Source: Thermodesulfobacteriota bacterium
Lineage (GTDB): Bacteria > Desulfobacterota_D > UBA1144 > Nemesobacterales > UBA2774
Direction of reading: 5' to 3'
NCBI GenBank assembly: GCA_963422265.1
Contig: OY729416.1
Span: 1,664,001-1,728,000, forward strand
DNA length: 64,000 bases
The notes under the pieces are model-generated. The model was not told the DNA's origin, made no database searches, and saw nothing but the letters and a program-made list of their open reading frames with translations. The position numbers and the translations under genes are program-made. Shown here in pieces: positions 31,391-41,726 of the stretch; the stretch's first letter is position 1, and the number at the start of each line of letters is the position of its first letter.

Positions 31391-33732
31391 TTATTTTAAA
31401 AGCAATAAGAATAGATCCTTCACCGCGTATACAATTAACCAGCCTATTGCAACTGCGAGAGTGCCGATAACTACAGGTCTCACAATGCTGAACATACCTT
31501 TTAATTCAAGTTGATCTTCTTTTAGGTTACTGAATATATAGTCAATCTTGGCATTGATCTCCCTAAAGTTAGAGTCTATATTAACATTTACTTCGCCAAT
31601 CTTAGAATCAAGCTTATCACTCGCTCTATCAATCTTAGAATTCACTTCGCCAACCCTAGCATCAATCTTGCTATTCACTTCATCAATCTTAGAATCAAGC
31701 TTATCACTCGCTCTATCAATCTTAGAATTCACTTCGCCAACCCTAGCATCAATCTTGCCATTCACTTCATCAATCTTAGAATCAAGCTTATCACTCACTC
31801 CATCAATCTTAGAATTCACTTCGCCAACCCTAGCATCAATCTTGCCATTCACTTCATCAATCTTAGAATCAAGCTTATCACTCGCTCCATCAATCTTAGA
31901 GTCAAGCTTGGTATTAAGCCTGCCAATCTCGGTATCAAGCCGGTCAGCTTTCTTTTCAATCCTTCCAGTGCTATCTTCTATATGTTCTATATCGTTTCTA
32001 GCGAGAGCTACATCAGTTCTTAAATTAACTAGTCCCACTAAATCATTGTGCGTGGAGACATCTAGATCGTCAGAGGCATCTACATCTCTGTTTGGTACGG
32101 ACTGTTTCTCAGGAGCAGCAGAAACCGACACATCACTTAGATCGTCAGAGGCATCTATATCCCTGTTTGGTACGGACTGTTTCTCAGGAGCAGTAAAAAC
32201 CGACACATCACTTAGATCATCAGGGGCATCTACATCCCTGTTTGGTACGGACTGTTTCTCAGGAGCAGCAGAAACCGACACATCACTTAGATCATCAGGG
32301 GCATCTACATCCCTGTTTGGGACGGGCTGTTTCTCAGGAGCAGCAGAAACCGATATATCACTTAGATCGTTAGGGGCATCTACATCCCTGTTTGGGACGG
32401 ACTGTTTCTCAGGAGCAGTAAAAACCGACACATCACTTAGATCATCAGGGGCATCTACATCCCTGTTTGGTACGGACTGTTTCTCAGGAGCAGCAGAAAC
32501 CGACACATCACTTAGATCGTCAGAGGCATCTACATCCCTGTTTGGGACGGACTGTTTCTCAGGAGCAGTAAAAACCGACACATCACTTAGATCGTCAGAG
32601 GCATCTATATCCCTGTTTGGGATGGGCTGTTTCTCAGGAGCAGCAGAAACCGACATATCACTTAGATCATCAGGGGCATCTACATCCCTGTTTGGTACGG
32701 ACTGTTTCTCAGGAGCAGCAGAAACCGACACATCACTTAGATCGTCAGAGGCATCTACATCCCTGTTTGGGATGGGCTGTTTCTCAGGAGCAGCAGAAAC
32801 CGACACATCACTTAGATCGTCAGAGGCATCTATATCTCTGTTTGGGACGGGCTGTTTCTCAGGAGCAGTAAAAACCGATATATCACTTAGATCGTCAGAG
32901 GCATCTACATCCCTGTTTGGTACGGACTGTTTCTCAGGAGCAGCAGAAACCGACACATCACTTAGATCGTCAGAGGCATCTACATCCCTGTTTGGGATGG
33001 GCTGTTTCTCAGGAGCAGCAGAAACCGACACATCACTTAGATCGTCAGAGGCATCTATATCTCTGTTTGGGACGGGCTGTTTCTCAGGAGCAGCAGAAAC
33101 CGACACATCACTTAGATCGTCAGAGGCATCTATATCTCTGTTTGGGACGGGCTGTTTCTCAGGAGCAGCAGAAACCGACACATCACTTAGATCGTTAGGG
33201 GCATCTACATCCCTGTTTGGGACGGGCTGTTTCTCAGGAGCAGTAAAAACCGATATATCACTTAGATCGTCAGAGGCATCTACATCCCTGTTTGGGACGG
33301 ACTGTTTCTCAGGAGCAGCAGAAACCGATATATCACTTAGATCGTTAGGGGCATCTACATCCCTGTTTGGGACGGACTGTTTCTCAGGAGCAGTAAAAAC
33401 CGATATATCACTTAGATCGTCAGAGGCATCTACATCAGTAAATGTGTCCTGTTTGGGACGGACTGTTTCTCAGGAGCAGTAAAAACCGACACATCACTTA
33501 GATCGTTAGGGGCATCTACATCCCTGTTTGGGACGGACTGTTTCTCAGGAGCAGTAAAAACCGACACATCACTTAGATCGTCAGAGGCATCTATATCCCT
33601 GTTTGGGACGGGCTGTTTCTCAGGAGCAGCAGAAACCGACACATCACTTAGATCATCAGGGGCATCTACATCTCTGTTTGGGACGGGCTGTTTCTCAGGA
33701 GCAGCAAAAACCGACATATCACTTAGTTTCAT
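31391..33732 (-). CDS. Tail-anchored repeat protein (25-aa repeats + KID-type coiled coil + C-terminal TM); frame broken by an 11-nt insertion
   Basis: ATG 33732 with AGAGGAG RBS; ORFs 33430-33732 and 31391-33181 encode the same repeat; insertion at 33437-33447. Confidence 0.75.
31590..31910. repeat. 87-bp coding repeats (KLDSKIDEVNGKIDARVGEVNSKIDxxSD)
   Basis: About 3.5 copies visible in DNA and protein. Confidence 0.85.
32059..33727. repeat. 75-bp tandem repeat, about 22 units
   Basis: Unit CTTAGATCGTCAGAGGCATCTACATCCCTGTTTGG..CTGTTTCTCAGGAGCAGCAGAAACCGACACATCA with a few variable sites. Confidence 0.97.
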
Positions 33733-33818
33733 GTTCTTGTAATCTCCTCTTTATTTTCTTCGTCGTTCGTAATATGGGTCGTTCGTAATATGGATTATAA
33801 AAAATTCCTTGCCGAACT

Positions 33819-34877
33819 TCAACCCTTAAAATAAGGTATGATCTCTTTAGCGTAGGTATCTAGTGCCTTATTGGGATCGGGGCTGAACCTATAGAAAAGC
33901 ACAAAATGCCTCACGCCCTTTTCAATGAACTTTTCAATCTTTTCTATGCAGTCCTTGGTAGAACCGGTAATAGTAAAATCCAGTATGGCTTCTCTAGGGA
34001 AAAACTGTCCAATCTGTCTGAATTTTTGTCGTCCCTCTTCATCCTGGGGGATAACGTTAAAGTAATTCAATCCATTATACTCTTCTGGAATATCTACGTC
34101 ATAACCTGCTTTTTTAAGCTGATCCTGCATAACGAGAACGTATTTGAACGGTTCCAAAGTCTCGTAAGCCTGATCGACGCTTTCCCCTAAAGAGGTAAAA
34201 ACCCAAAGGGCCGGATCTATCTCATCCATGCTCCGCCCTGCGTCCGTAGCGCCTTTTTCAATCTGCCCTAGATACTCGCCGTATAGATAAGGGTTTAAGT
34301 CAATCGGCATCCAGCCGTCACCTAGTTCACCCGTCAGCCTAAGGCCCTTTGGAGTGTGAGTAGCTATATACATCGGGATTCTGTTTCTCTTATAAGGCTT
34401 CACCTGTAAGAAGGCTTCTTTTAGATTAAAGAAGTCCCCTTCGTAATTGCAAGGACCCTCCGTCGCCCAGAGTTTCTGCATTACCATCATCGCCTCTCTC
34501 AACCTTCCGAGTGGTCTGTCCCAGTTTATCCCGTAGGCATCTAGATTCATAGACTCGCCAACTCCGAGAGTAAGGGTTACTCTACCTTTTGAAACATGGT
34601 CAATCGTGGCTAGTCTTTGCGCGAATACCGCAGGGTGCATTCTGTGCGGATCCGAGACCGTCCCCAAGCTAACGTTGCTTGTCCTCATAGCGGCCGCCGT
34701 AGCCACCGTCCACGCCTCGTGCGCCTCCGTAGGGGATACGAAAACGACGTGATCAGGAAACCAAACGGTATCAAAACCAAGCTCGTCCGCCTTTATGGAA
34801 AAGGCTATTAAACCATCTAAATCCGCCCCCGGCATAGGCGCTGATAACCCGAACCTTATATCTTTTCCCACTTTCAC
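33819..34877 (-). CDS. LLM-class (probably F420-dependent) oxidoreductase
   Basis: GFDTVWFPDH, HPAVFAQRLATIDHVSKGR..LGVGE, GELGDGW. Confidence 0.88.
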   Translation of the reverse strand: MKVGKDIRFGLSAPMPGADLDGLIAFSIKADELGFDTVWFPDHVVFVSPTEAHEAWTVATAAAMRTSNVSLGTVSDPHRMHPAVFAQRLATIDHVSKGRVTLTLGVGESMNLDAYGINWDRPLGRLREAMMVMQKLWATEGPCNYEGDFFNLKEAFLQVKPYKRNRIPMYIATHTPKGLRLTGELGDGWMPIDLNPYLYGEYLGQIEKGATDAGRSMDEIDPALWVFTSLGESVDQAYETLEPFKYVLVMQDQLKKAGYDVDIPEEYNGLNYFNVIPQDEEGRQKFRQIGQFFPREAILDFTITGSTKDCIEKIEKFIEKGVRHFVLFYRFSPDPNKALDTYAKEIIPYFKG

Positions 34878-34990
34878 ACCTCACAGTTAGTTTGTGTCCC
34901 TGATTATAAACGCAATGATTGGAAAGCGCAAACCATAATTTTACAAGATGGACGTCTATACGTTATATTAAAATCTATATATTAAAATCT

Positions 34991-35761
34991 ATGAAAAAAA
35001 CGTTCCGAGACCTTGTAAATCTCGCAATGCACCTAAGAGGCCCCAATGGCTGTCCATGGGATAAGGAGCAGACGCTTGATACCCTCAAGTCTTACATAAT
35101 TGAAGAAGCGCATGAAGTAGTCCAAGCTATAGAGACTGAGGACAAAGATGAGATTATTGAAGAGCTAGGAGACCTTTTCTATGAAGTTCTCTTTGCGGCT
35201 CAGATTGCGGATGAGAATAAAGACTTCAGCATAGAAGACGTTATAGATAGGCTTTACAATAAATTGATCAGGCGACACCCGCACGTGTTCGGCGACGAGA
35301 GAGCGAAAGACGCGGAGGACGCCGTCCAGACGTGGCATCGGCAAAAACTAAAAGAAAAGTCGAGAAAAAGGAGCCTTCTCCGAATCCCGCGCACTATGCC
35401 TTCCTTGCTGCGTGCCGAGCGCGTGGGAGAGAAGGCTTCTCAGGTGGGTTTTGATTGGGATGGCATAGATGAGGTTATATCTAAAGTCAAGGAAGAGCTT
35501 TTTGAGTTGGAAGAAGAGATAACCCGCGCCGATTCTAAAGGAATAGAGAAGGAATGGGGAGACCTAGTTTTTTCTCTAGTAAATCTGGGCAGGCATCTAA
35601 AGATAGACGCCGAAGGTGCTACGCACAAGGCAATTGATGGCTTCATAAACAGATTCAGCAAAATTGAGGATCGAGCGGCGGAGCAAGGCAAACAATTATC
35701 CGATCTGTCGCTTGAAGATATGGATACGCTTTGGAATGAAGTTAAAAAAGAGAGTGCATAA
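34991..35761 (+). CDS. mazG: Nucleoside triphosphate pyrophosphohydrolase MazG
   Basis: LRGPNGCPWDKEQT, EELGDL, KLIRRHPHVF, GFDW. Confidence 0.95.
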   Translation: MKKTFRDLVNLAMHLRGPNGCPWDKEQTLDTLKSYIIEEAHEVVQAIETEDKDEIIEELGDLFYEVLFAAQIADENKDFSIEDVIDRLYNKLIRRHPHVFGDERAKDAEDAVQTWHRQKLKEKSRKRSLLRIPRTMPSLLRAERVGEKASQVGFDWDGIDEVISKVKEELFELEEEITRADSKGIEKEWGDLVFSLVNLGRHLKIDAEGATHKAIDGFINRFSKIEDRAAEQGKQLSDLSLEDMDTLWNEVKKESA

Positions 35762-35824
35762 ACCCGTAGTTTATACACTCTCGGAAACAGGGGCATATTA
35801 TAAAAAGAAGCTCACGCCATTCTA

Positions 35825-37720
35825 CTAAAGCCTTATTGATAGCCCGCTTATAAAATTAAGTCCAGGGCTTGAGTATCCAAAGACTTCTTCATAATCGCTA
35901 TTGAAAAGATTGTCGACCCTCGCAAACGCCCTTGCATCTTTTAGATATGGAAACCTTAAATTTAGCTTATAGCTCGTGGCTAAATCAGCCTTAAAATACC
36001 CGTCGTTTTTCACCCTTGTGAACGTCTTAAAATTCGTATCTTGGCGGTCTCCAACGTAGATTCCCGCCAAGTTCAAATTGAAATCGCCAAGCGAATAGTT
36101 CGCCGTAAAAGATGATGAATGCTTAACCCTTCTTATTAGCTTCGCTCTATTGAAATCTAGATAAGTGTAGTTAGCTCCCAGCGTTACACCCTTACCGAGA
36201 TTAAAATCTCCGCCGATCTCTAAGCCCTTTGTTTTAACCTTGTCTATATTGTCATAATTAGTTCCATTGGCAAAATTGCCATATTCTATCAAATTCTCAA
36301 ACCTGTTCCAAAAATAGGTAAAGCGAAGCTCCAGGGCATCATTAAACAAGACCTGATCTATGCCGACTTCGGCACTCAACGACTCTTCGGGTTTAAGCTT
36401 AGGATTGCCTTTAGACCACATACTATCAAAGTTCTCAAGAAACATCGGCTGTCTGATACCCTTTCCTACCGCCGCTCTCAGCCTCGTCCCATAGTCTTTA
36501 AGTAAATAAGACAGTGAAGCGGTCGGGCTGATCTCCTCTCCATACTTTTCATTATCATCAAGCCTTGCACCCGCCGTAATAAAAAATCTTTCGTAAAAGC
36601 CAAACTGCACTTGAAAGTAATACGCGCGGTTTCGTCTTGACTTGTCAATTCGGTTGCTGCCATCATAATCTTCGTTCTCATATTCAAAGCCTATGGTAGT
36701 AACAGCCGAAACTTCCTCTGCTAAGTCAAAGAAGAGGTTTGATCTGTAATCAATCGTCCATCTTTTTTGCTTAGTCTTAGAATTATAAGGCCAGTCTCCC
36801 TCGTAACTCTTCGGATTTTCTATATTTAACTTTTCTCTCGCAAATCCAAGAGCGAATACGTTTTCCCACCAACTAGCTAAATTATATGATGTGTTAGCCC
36901 CCAAAGCTAAAGTCTTATTTCTTGTAAACTGCTCGGGATCAAGCTTGTTATCCAACCTATCCCCCGATCCCTTCGTAGGAAATTCAAACTCAGAGTCGCG
37001 ATAGACGGCAGTAAAATCAAGCTTCAGGTCCTCATCAGGGCTTAAGTTGAAGGAACCTGTGTAACCATTGTTTGTATAATCGTTATTAAAATCTAGAATT
37101 CCCCCGTCGCTCACCCTCGCATAGGACAGAAAGTAGCCGTATCGCTTGTCCCCACCCGAAAAACTGGCTTCGTATTCTTGCACTAGGCTCCCTTCTTCTC
37201 TTGCTCCAAGTGCTCCTGACAAGTAAACGCTAGGCTCACCACTGCCCTTCTTGGTAATTACATTAACTACCGAAGTTATAGCGTCCGACCCATAAATGGC
37301 GGAGTGAGGACCCTTTATTATCTCCACCCTATCTACGTTTTCCTTAGTAAGGCTAGAGAAGTTAAAAGCCCCTTCGGGATTGCTTACCTGAATACCATCT
37401 ATCAAAACAAGATTGTAATCGCTCTCCCCACCCCTTGTAAATAAAGCATTAGTATTCGACCCGCGACTTCCAGTCTGCACTACGTTCAGCCCCGCAACCC
37501 TTTCTAACACGTCTATCAAGTCCGTTGAACCGCTTCTTTCAATCTCTTCTGCAGTGATAACCTCTACCGACATACCCAAACGTTCTGACTCCATCGGAAC
37601 CTTAGTAGCGGTAACTACTACTTCCTTGAGCATCTCTATCTCTTTGGATAAAGAAGTTACTGAAAGGAACAAAAGTAATAATGGAAAAACAGAGAGTAAA
37701 CTCCCGTTGAAAAGCCACAT
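35825..37720 (-). CDS. btuB: TonB-dependent receptor, probably the cobalamin transporter
   Basis: EVVVTAT TonB box, plug motifs (LVLIDG, RVEIIKGPHSAIYGSDA); cobalamin riboswitch upstream. Confidence 0.85.
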   Translation of the reverse strand: MWLFNGSLLSVFPLLLLFLSVTSLSKEIEMLKEVVVTATKVPMESERLGMSVEVITAEEIERSGSTDLIDVLERVAGLNVVQTGSRGSNTNALFTRGGESDYNLVLIDGIQVSNPEGAFNFSSLTKENVDRVEIIKGPHSAIYGSDAITSVVNVITKKGSGEPSVYLSGALGAREEGSLVQEYEASFSGGDKRYGYFLSYARVSDGGILDFNNDYTNNGYTGSFNLSPDEDLKLDFTAVYRDSEFEFPTKGSGDRLDNKLDPEQFTRNKTLALGANTSYNLASWWENVFALGFAREKLNIENPKSYEGDWPYNSKTKQKRWTIDYRSNLFFDLAEEVSAVTTIGFEYENEDYDGSNRIDKSRRNRAYYFQVQFGFYERFFITAGARLDDNEKYGEEISPTASLSYLLKDYGTRLRAAVGKGIRQPMFLENFDSMWSKGNPKLKPEESLSAEVGIDQVLFNDALELRFTYFWNRFENLIEYGNFANGTNYDNIDKVKTKGLEIGGDFNLGKGVTLGANYTYLDFNRAKLIRRVKHSSSFTANYSLGDFNLNLAGIYVGDRQDTNFKTFTRVKNDGYFKADLATSYKLNLRFPYLKDARAFARVDNLFNSDYEEVFGYSSPGLNFISGLSIRL

Positions 37721-37786
37721 AACCCTACCTCCCGAGGTGATAATTTGGCTTACTATATGGGCTTACTATATGGGCTTACTACTTAT

Positions 37787-38024
37787 GTAGGTAGGTCTTC
37801 CGACTTAAAGGACATAAATCTTTGAACAAGCCTTCCCGGTTATTAACCAGTGACCTGAAGTTAAATGAATTAACCTCACTTAAGGTTCAAAGATTCGCCT
37901 AACTAAGGCAATTCTTTATTACAACAATTCCTCAGATTATAGCGACCCTCATTACGGCTGCGGGTACAGTTCAGGCTTCTCACCTGATTCCCTTAACCTA
38001 TAAGTAGAGATTCAACCTACTTGC
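37787..38024 (-). promoter_or_regulatory. Cobalamin riboswitch
   Basis: Minus strand reads AAGGGAATCAGGTGAGAAGCCTGAACTGTACCCGCAGCCGTAA..CACTGG..CCGGGAAGG..AAGTCGGAAGACCT (B12 box). Confidence 0.92.
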
Positions 38025-38059
38025 TAAAGTCGCGGTTGTCAAATCTATACCTTTAGGCA

Positions 38060-38360
38060 GTGGATAAGTTCACAGGGGTCGCCCCTACAAATAAACAAGC
38101 AAATCCACCCTAACCCTCCTTTACAAAAGGAGGGGAATATCCTTTCTAACTCCTGAACCTGTCGAAGGGTGAGGCGCAACCGAGAAATCTTGTCTTTTCC
38201 CCCTCTCCCCCGGTTGCGGTATCCCTGAGCCTGTCGAACCAGGGAGAGGGATACAGGGGGATTTGATAGGGCATCGGGGAACAAAAGCCATTCCCTGCCA
38301 CCGGCCCGCCCCCGTAGTCTTTTGAGCGGGGAACTGGAAATCCGGTCTCTTCACTTCCCC
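38060..38360. repeat. Mosaic REP array
   Basis: GGGGTCGCCCCTAC, CCACCCTAACCCTCCTTTACAAAAGGAGGGG, CCTGAGCCTGTCGAA modules. Confidence 0.8.
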
Positions 38361-38497
38361 TTTAGTATCGCAATAGAATAATAGGAATGTAAAATATACG
38401 TTAAAATACCGGGCTAACCCATGCCAATGGTGAAGGCGCGTTCCTACATAAATGGGCGCATGGAGGCAAATAGCGTTTGCGAACGTAATTAAGAACT

Positions 38498-39913
38498 ATG
38501 AAAAAGATTATTAAGCTCAAACCTATGCGGAGCAAGATTTTCGATGCGGCGAAAGAAGTAGTCGTCAAACTAAGGCAAGCAGGACACAGGGCGTTCTGCG
38601 TCGGTGGATGCGCCAGGGATATGATTATAGGAGTAGCTCCCGCTGAATACGACGTAACAACAAGCGCAACGCCCAAAGAAATCTCTCAAATATTTCCGAA
38701 CACCTTTCCAATTGGGGTTAGTTTCGGGGTCGTTTTAGTAATTTTAGACGATCCTTCGGCAAGCTCAGGACACCGTTATAAATTCGAGGTCGCCACGTTT
38801 AGAAGAGACCACGGCTATTCAGACGGAAGACGCCCCGACTTAGTCACTTACAGCGATAATGAAAAAGAGGACGTTTTGAGAAGAGATTTTACGATAAATG
38901 GAATGCTTTACGATCCAGTAAAAGAAGAGCTGATTGACTACGTAAACGGGATTGAGGACGTTGGGAATAGAGTGCTTAGGACGATAGGAGACCCGAACGA
39001 GCGTTTCACGGAAGACAAGCTTCGCATGATGCGAGCGGTAAGGTTCGGAGCTAGATACAAATTCTCAATAGAAAAGGACGCTTTTGAGGCTATCAAAGAG
39101 CTTGCCCCCCAGATACGACAGGTTAGCAAGGAAAGGGTAAGGGACGAACTGGTAAAAATCGTTACGCAAGCAAATCCGGGCTTTGGACTCGAACTTCTCA
39201 GGCAAAGTGGCATCTTGGCATACATACTGCCGGAGGCAAACAAAATGAGCGGAGTCGAGCAACCGCCGGAATTTCATCCCGAGGGGGACGTATTCGTCCA
39301 CACCTGCCTTGTCCTTGATAAACTACATGAAAACGCGGGAGGCGATGTATCCCCAGAACTCGCGGTTGGAGGTCTTCTTCACGACGTGGGCAAGCCCCCT
39401 ACTTTTTCCGTTTCCGACCGTATCAGGTTTAACGGACACGACAGAGTAGGCGCCGAGATGTCTAAACGAATAATGAGGGAGCTTAAATTCCCGAACAAGC
39501 AGATAGACGTTGTCCATTCCCTTGTCCGTGAGCATCTTAAATTCAAAGACGTATTCAAGATGCGCAAGAGCACTCTTAAGCGCTTCATAGGTATGCCACA
39601 TTTTGAAGACCATATGGCGCTTCATCTGGCGGATTGCCTTGCGAGTCATGGCATAACCGACGCGCACAGCTTCGCCTTAAAAGCCCTTTCAGAGCTGAAA
39701 GAGGACGAAATCAAACCCAAGCCTCTGCTTAGCGGGAAAGACTTGATAAACATGGGATACTCACCGGGACCCATATTTTCGGATATTCTCAGCTTAGTAG
39801 AAGAGGGTCAACTAGAGGGAGAGATCAAGAGCAAATCGGAAGCCGAGCGTATAGTAGTGGAAACGCATCCGTTGGGAAAAAGTGAGAAAGGAGAAGAGGC
39901 GCTACCGGAATAG
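38498..39913 (+). CDS. cca: CCA tRNA nucleotidyltransferase (HD-domain type)
   Basis: VGGCARD, EVATFR, RRDFTING, EDKLRMMRAVRF, HDVGKP. Confidence 0.92.
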   Translation: MKKIIKLKPMRSKIFDAAKEVVVKLRQAGHRAFCVGGCARDMIIGVAPAEYDVTTSATPKEISQIFPNTFPIGVSFGVVLVILDDPSASSGHRYKFEVATFRRDHGYSDGRRPDLVTYSDNEKEDVLRRDFTINGMLYDPVKEELIDYVNGIEDVGNRVLRTIGDPNERFTEDKLRMMRAVRFGARYKFSIEKDAFEAIKELAPQIRQVSKERVRDELVKIVTQANPGFGLELLRQSGILAYILPEANKMSGVEQPPEFHPEGDVFVHTCLVLDKLHENAGGDVSPELAVGGLLHDVGKPPTFSVSDRIRFNGHDRVGAEMSKRIMRELKFPNKQIDVVHSLVREHLKFKDVFKMRKSTLKRFIGMPHFEDHMALHLADCLASHGITDAHSFALKALSELKEDEIKPKPLLSGKDLINMGYSPGPIFSDILSLVEEGQLEGEIKSKSEAERIVVETHPLGKSEKGEEALPE

Positions 39914-39938
39914 CAAGAGCTCTCTTGGCGTAATTCGC

Positions 39939-40937
39939 TTATATAACCTCTTCTCTCTTTGCCTTAACCATCAGCCATAAGAAGAAAACCCCGCCAAGCA
40001 AAGCCGTTATTATTCCAACAGGGATTTCTACGGGCGCTATGACGGTTCTCGCCACCGTATCTGCCGCCGTTAAAAATGATGCGCCCAAGAGAAACGAGCA
40101 AGGAACGACAAACCTGTTATCAGACCCCAATACCATCCTAATTAGGTGTGGTATAATCAGTCCTATGAAAGCGATTGGTCCTGTTACTGATATAATCGCG
40201 CTTGCGGCGAGCGAGGTTGCAAAATAGATTTTTTTCTCCACCCTTTGGACCGAGACGCCAAGCGAAGAGGCTACGTCTTCTCCCAGTCCAAGCAAGTTCA
40301 TGTCCCTCGTAACCGAAATAATTATAAAACAGCCAGGAATTACTAATATTAGCGCTTTCCAGACTGACTCAAAGCCTACGACGTCAAGGCTCCCCATCAC
40401 CCACCTCATGGATTGAATCGACTCGGAGAAGCTTGAGAAAAACTGTATAAACAGCACAAGTGCCGAAAAAAGGAAGTTCACCACTACTCCCGCTAAAAGC
40501 AACCTTCCCGTCACTACTACGCCGCCTACCCTTGACATCGAATATATGAACATCATGGTGATCAACGAAAAAGCGAAGGCAGTTATAGAAACCATGGAAA
40601 ATCCGAGATACCCGGCTCCAAGACCTAGCCTTACGGCAATTAGCGCCCCCGCCGAAGCGCCGCCGGATATTCCAAGGGTAAAAGGCGAAGCGAGGGGATT
40701 TCTAAAGAGTGCCTGAAGCGCGGCGCCCGTTAGGGCCAGCGTTCCTCCGGCCAGCGTAGCCATAAGAACTCTTGGAAGCCTGATCTGGAATAAAACTGTC
40801 TTAGCAAACTCATCTTTTAGGATGGATTCAATTGAACCTAAATCGTAAGCACCTGTAAAAACGCCGATAGCCGCTACGATAAGCCAAATAACAAAAAGAA
40901 GGCTAATTGAGATTACGTATTTTTTTCTTGCGTTCAA
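39939..40937 (-). CDS. FecCD/BtuC-family ABC permease
   Basis: IRLPRV, QALFRNPLASPFTLGISGGA, GPIAFIGLIIPH, EIPVG. Confidence 0.92.
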   Translation of the reverse strand: MNARKKYVISISLLFVIWLIVAAIGVFTGAYDLGSIESILKDEFAKTVLFQIRLPRVLMATLAGGTLALTGAALQALFRNPLASPFTLGISGGASAGALIAVRLGLGAGYLGFSMVSITAFAFSLITMMFIYSMSRVGGVVVTGRLLLAGVVVNFLFSALVLFIQFFSSFSESIQSMRWVMGSLDVVGFESVWKALILVIPGCFIIISVTRDMNLLGLGEDVASSLGVSVQRVEKKIYFATSLAASAIISVTGPIAFIGLIIPHLIRMVLGSDNRFVVPCSFLLGASFLTAADTVARTVIAPVEIPVGIITALLGGVFFLWLMVKAKREEVI

Positions 40938-41030
40938 AGCTACCCTTTACTTTACTAGACAATCTAGTTTGTTAAAATATACGCGCCTGTGCAAACAGGT
41001 AAACGCAACTTTTATTTGAGGAGACGGAAA

Positions 41031-41690
41031 ATGAAAATAGCTTTATTAGGTGGAACTGGCGATATTGCGGAAGGACTTGTTCTAAGATGGTCTAAAGCCG
41101 GGCACGAGATTTTTATAGGATCAAGAAGTGATGAAAAGGCAAAGTCCATAGCCTCTGAATATATTGAGAAGCTTTCTGATCTAGGAATAGAATCCAAGAT
41201 CAGCGGAATGCCTAACGCCGATGCAGCGAGGGCGGCGGAGGTGGTAATAATAAGCATCCCTCCAGAATATGCAGCTTCTACGGTTAGTCAGATCAAGGAT
41301 AGCTTTACAGACCAAATCGTAGTAACCCCAGTGGTTTCTATGGAAAGACAGAAGGATAAGAGTTTCATATTCAATCCACCTCCTCAGGGATCCTCGGCGT
41401 TAGAGATTAAAGAGGTGCTTCCTGAAACGGCAAGGCTAGTTTCCGCTTATCACAACCTTCCAGCTAAGGAACTAAGCAAGGTAGAGGAGAACCTTGATTA
41501 CGACGTTGTAATATGCGGGGACGATGATGAGGCGAAGCAAGTAGTGAAAAGGCTGACCGAAGATATGCCCACCATGAGGGTTTTGGACGCCGGGCCACTT
41601 AAGCTGTCTTCAATGATAGAGGCTATTACACCCCTTATCGTCAACCTAAACGTCCGATACAAAAGCCATTTTTCAGTTAAATTTACCTAG
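41031..41690 (+). CDS. npdG: NADPH-dependent F420 reductase
   Basis: KIALLGGTG..GLVLRW..IGSR, SAYHNLPA, DVVICGDD, DAGPL. Confidence 0.88.
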   Translation: MKIALLGGTGDIAEGLVLRWSKAGHEIFIGSRSDEKAKSIASEYIEKLSDLGIESKISGMPNADAARAAEVVIISIPPEYAASTVSQIKDSFTDQIVVTPVVSMERQKDKSFIFNPPPQGSSALEIKEVLPETARLVSAYHNLPAKELSKVEENLDYDVVICGDDDEAKQVVKRLTEDMPTMRVLDAGPLKLSSMIEAITPLIVNLNVRYKSHFSVKFT

Positions 41691-41726
41691 TAGCTACAAC
41701 GGAGTTTGCGCTGAATTTGTTTCAGG

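Noticed and set aside
31548-33482. 644-aa plus-strand ORF
   Set aside because: Antisense shadow of the repeat gene; the minus strand has the RBS, coiled coil and TM anchor
32059-33727. 75-bp array as a CRISPR array
   Set aside because: No unique spacers; whole units repeat, the period is a multiple of 3 and encodes protein; no cas genes
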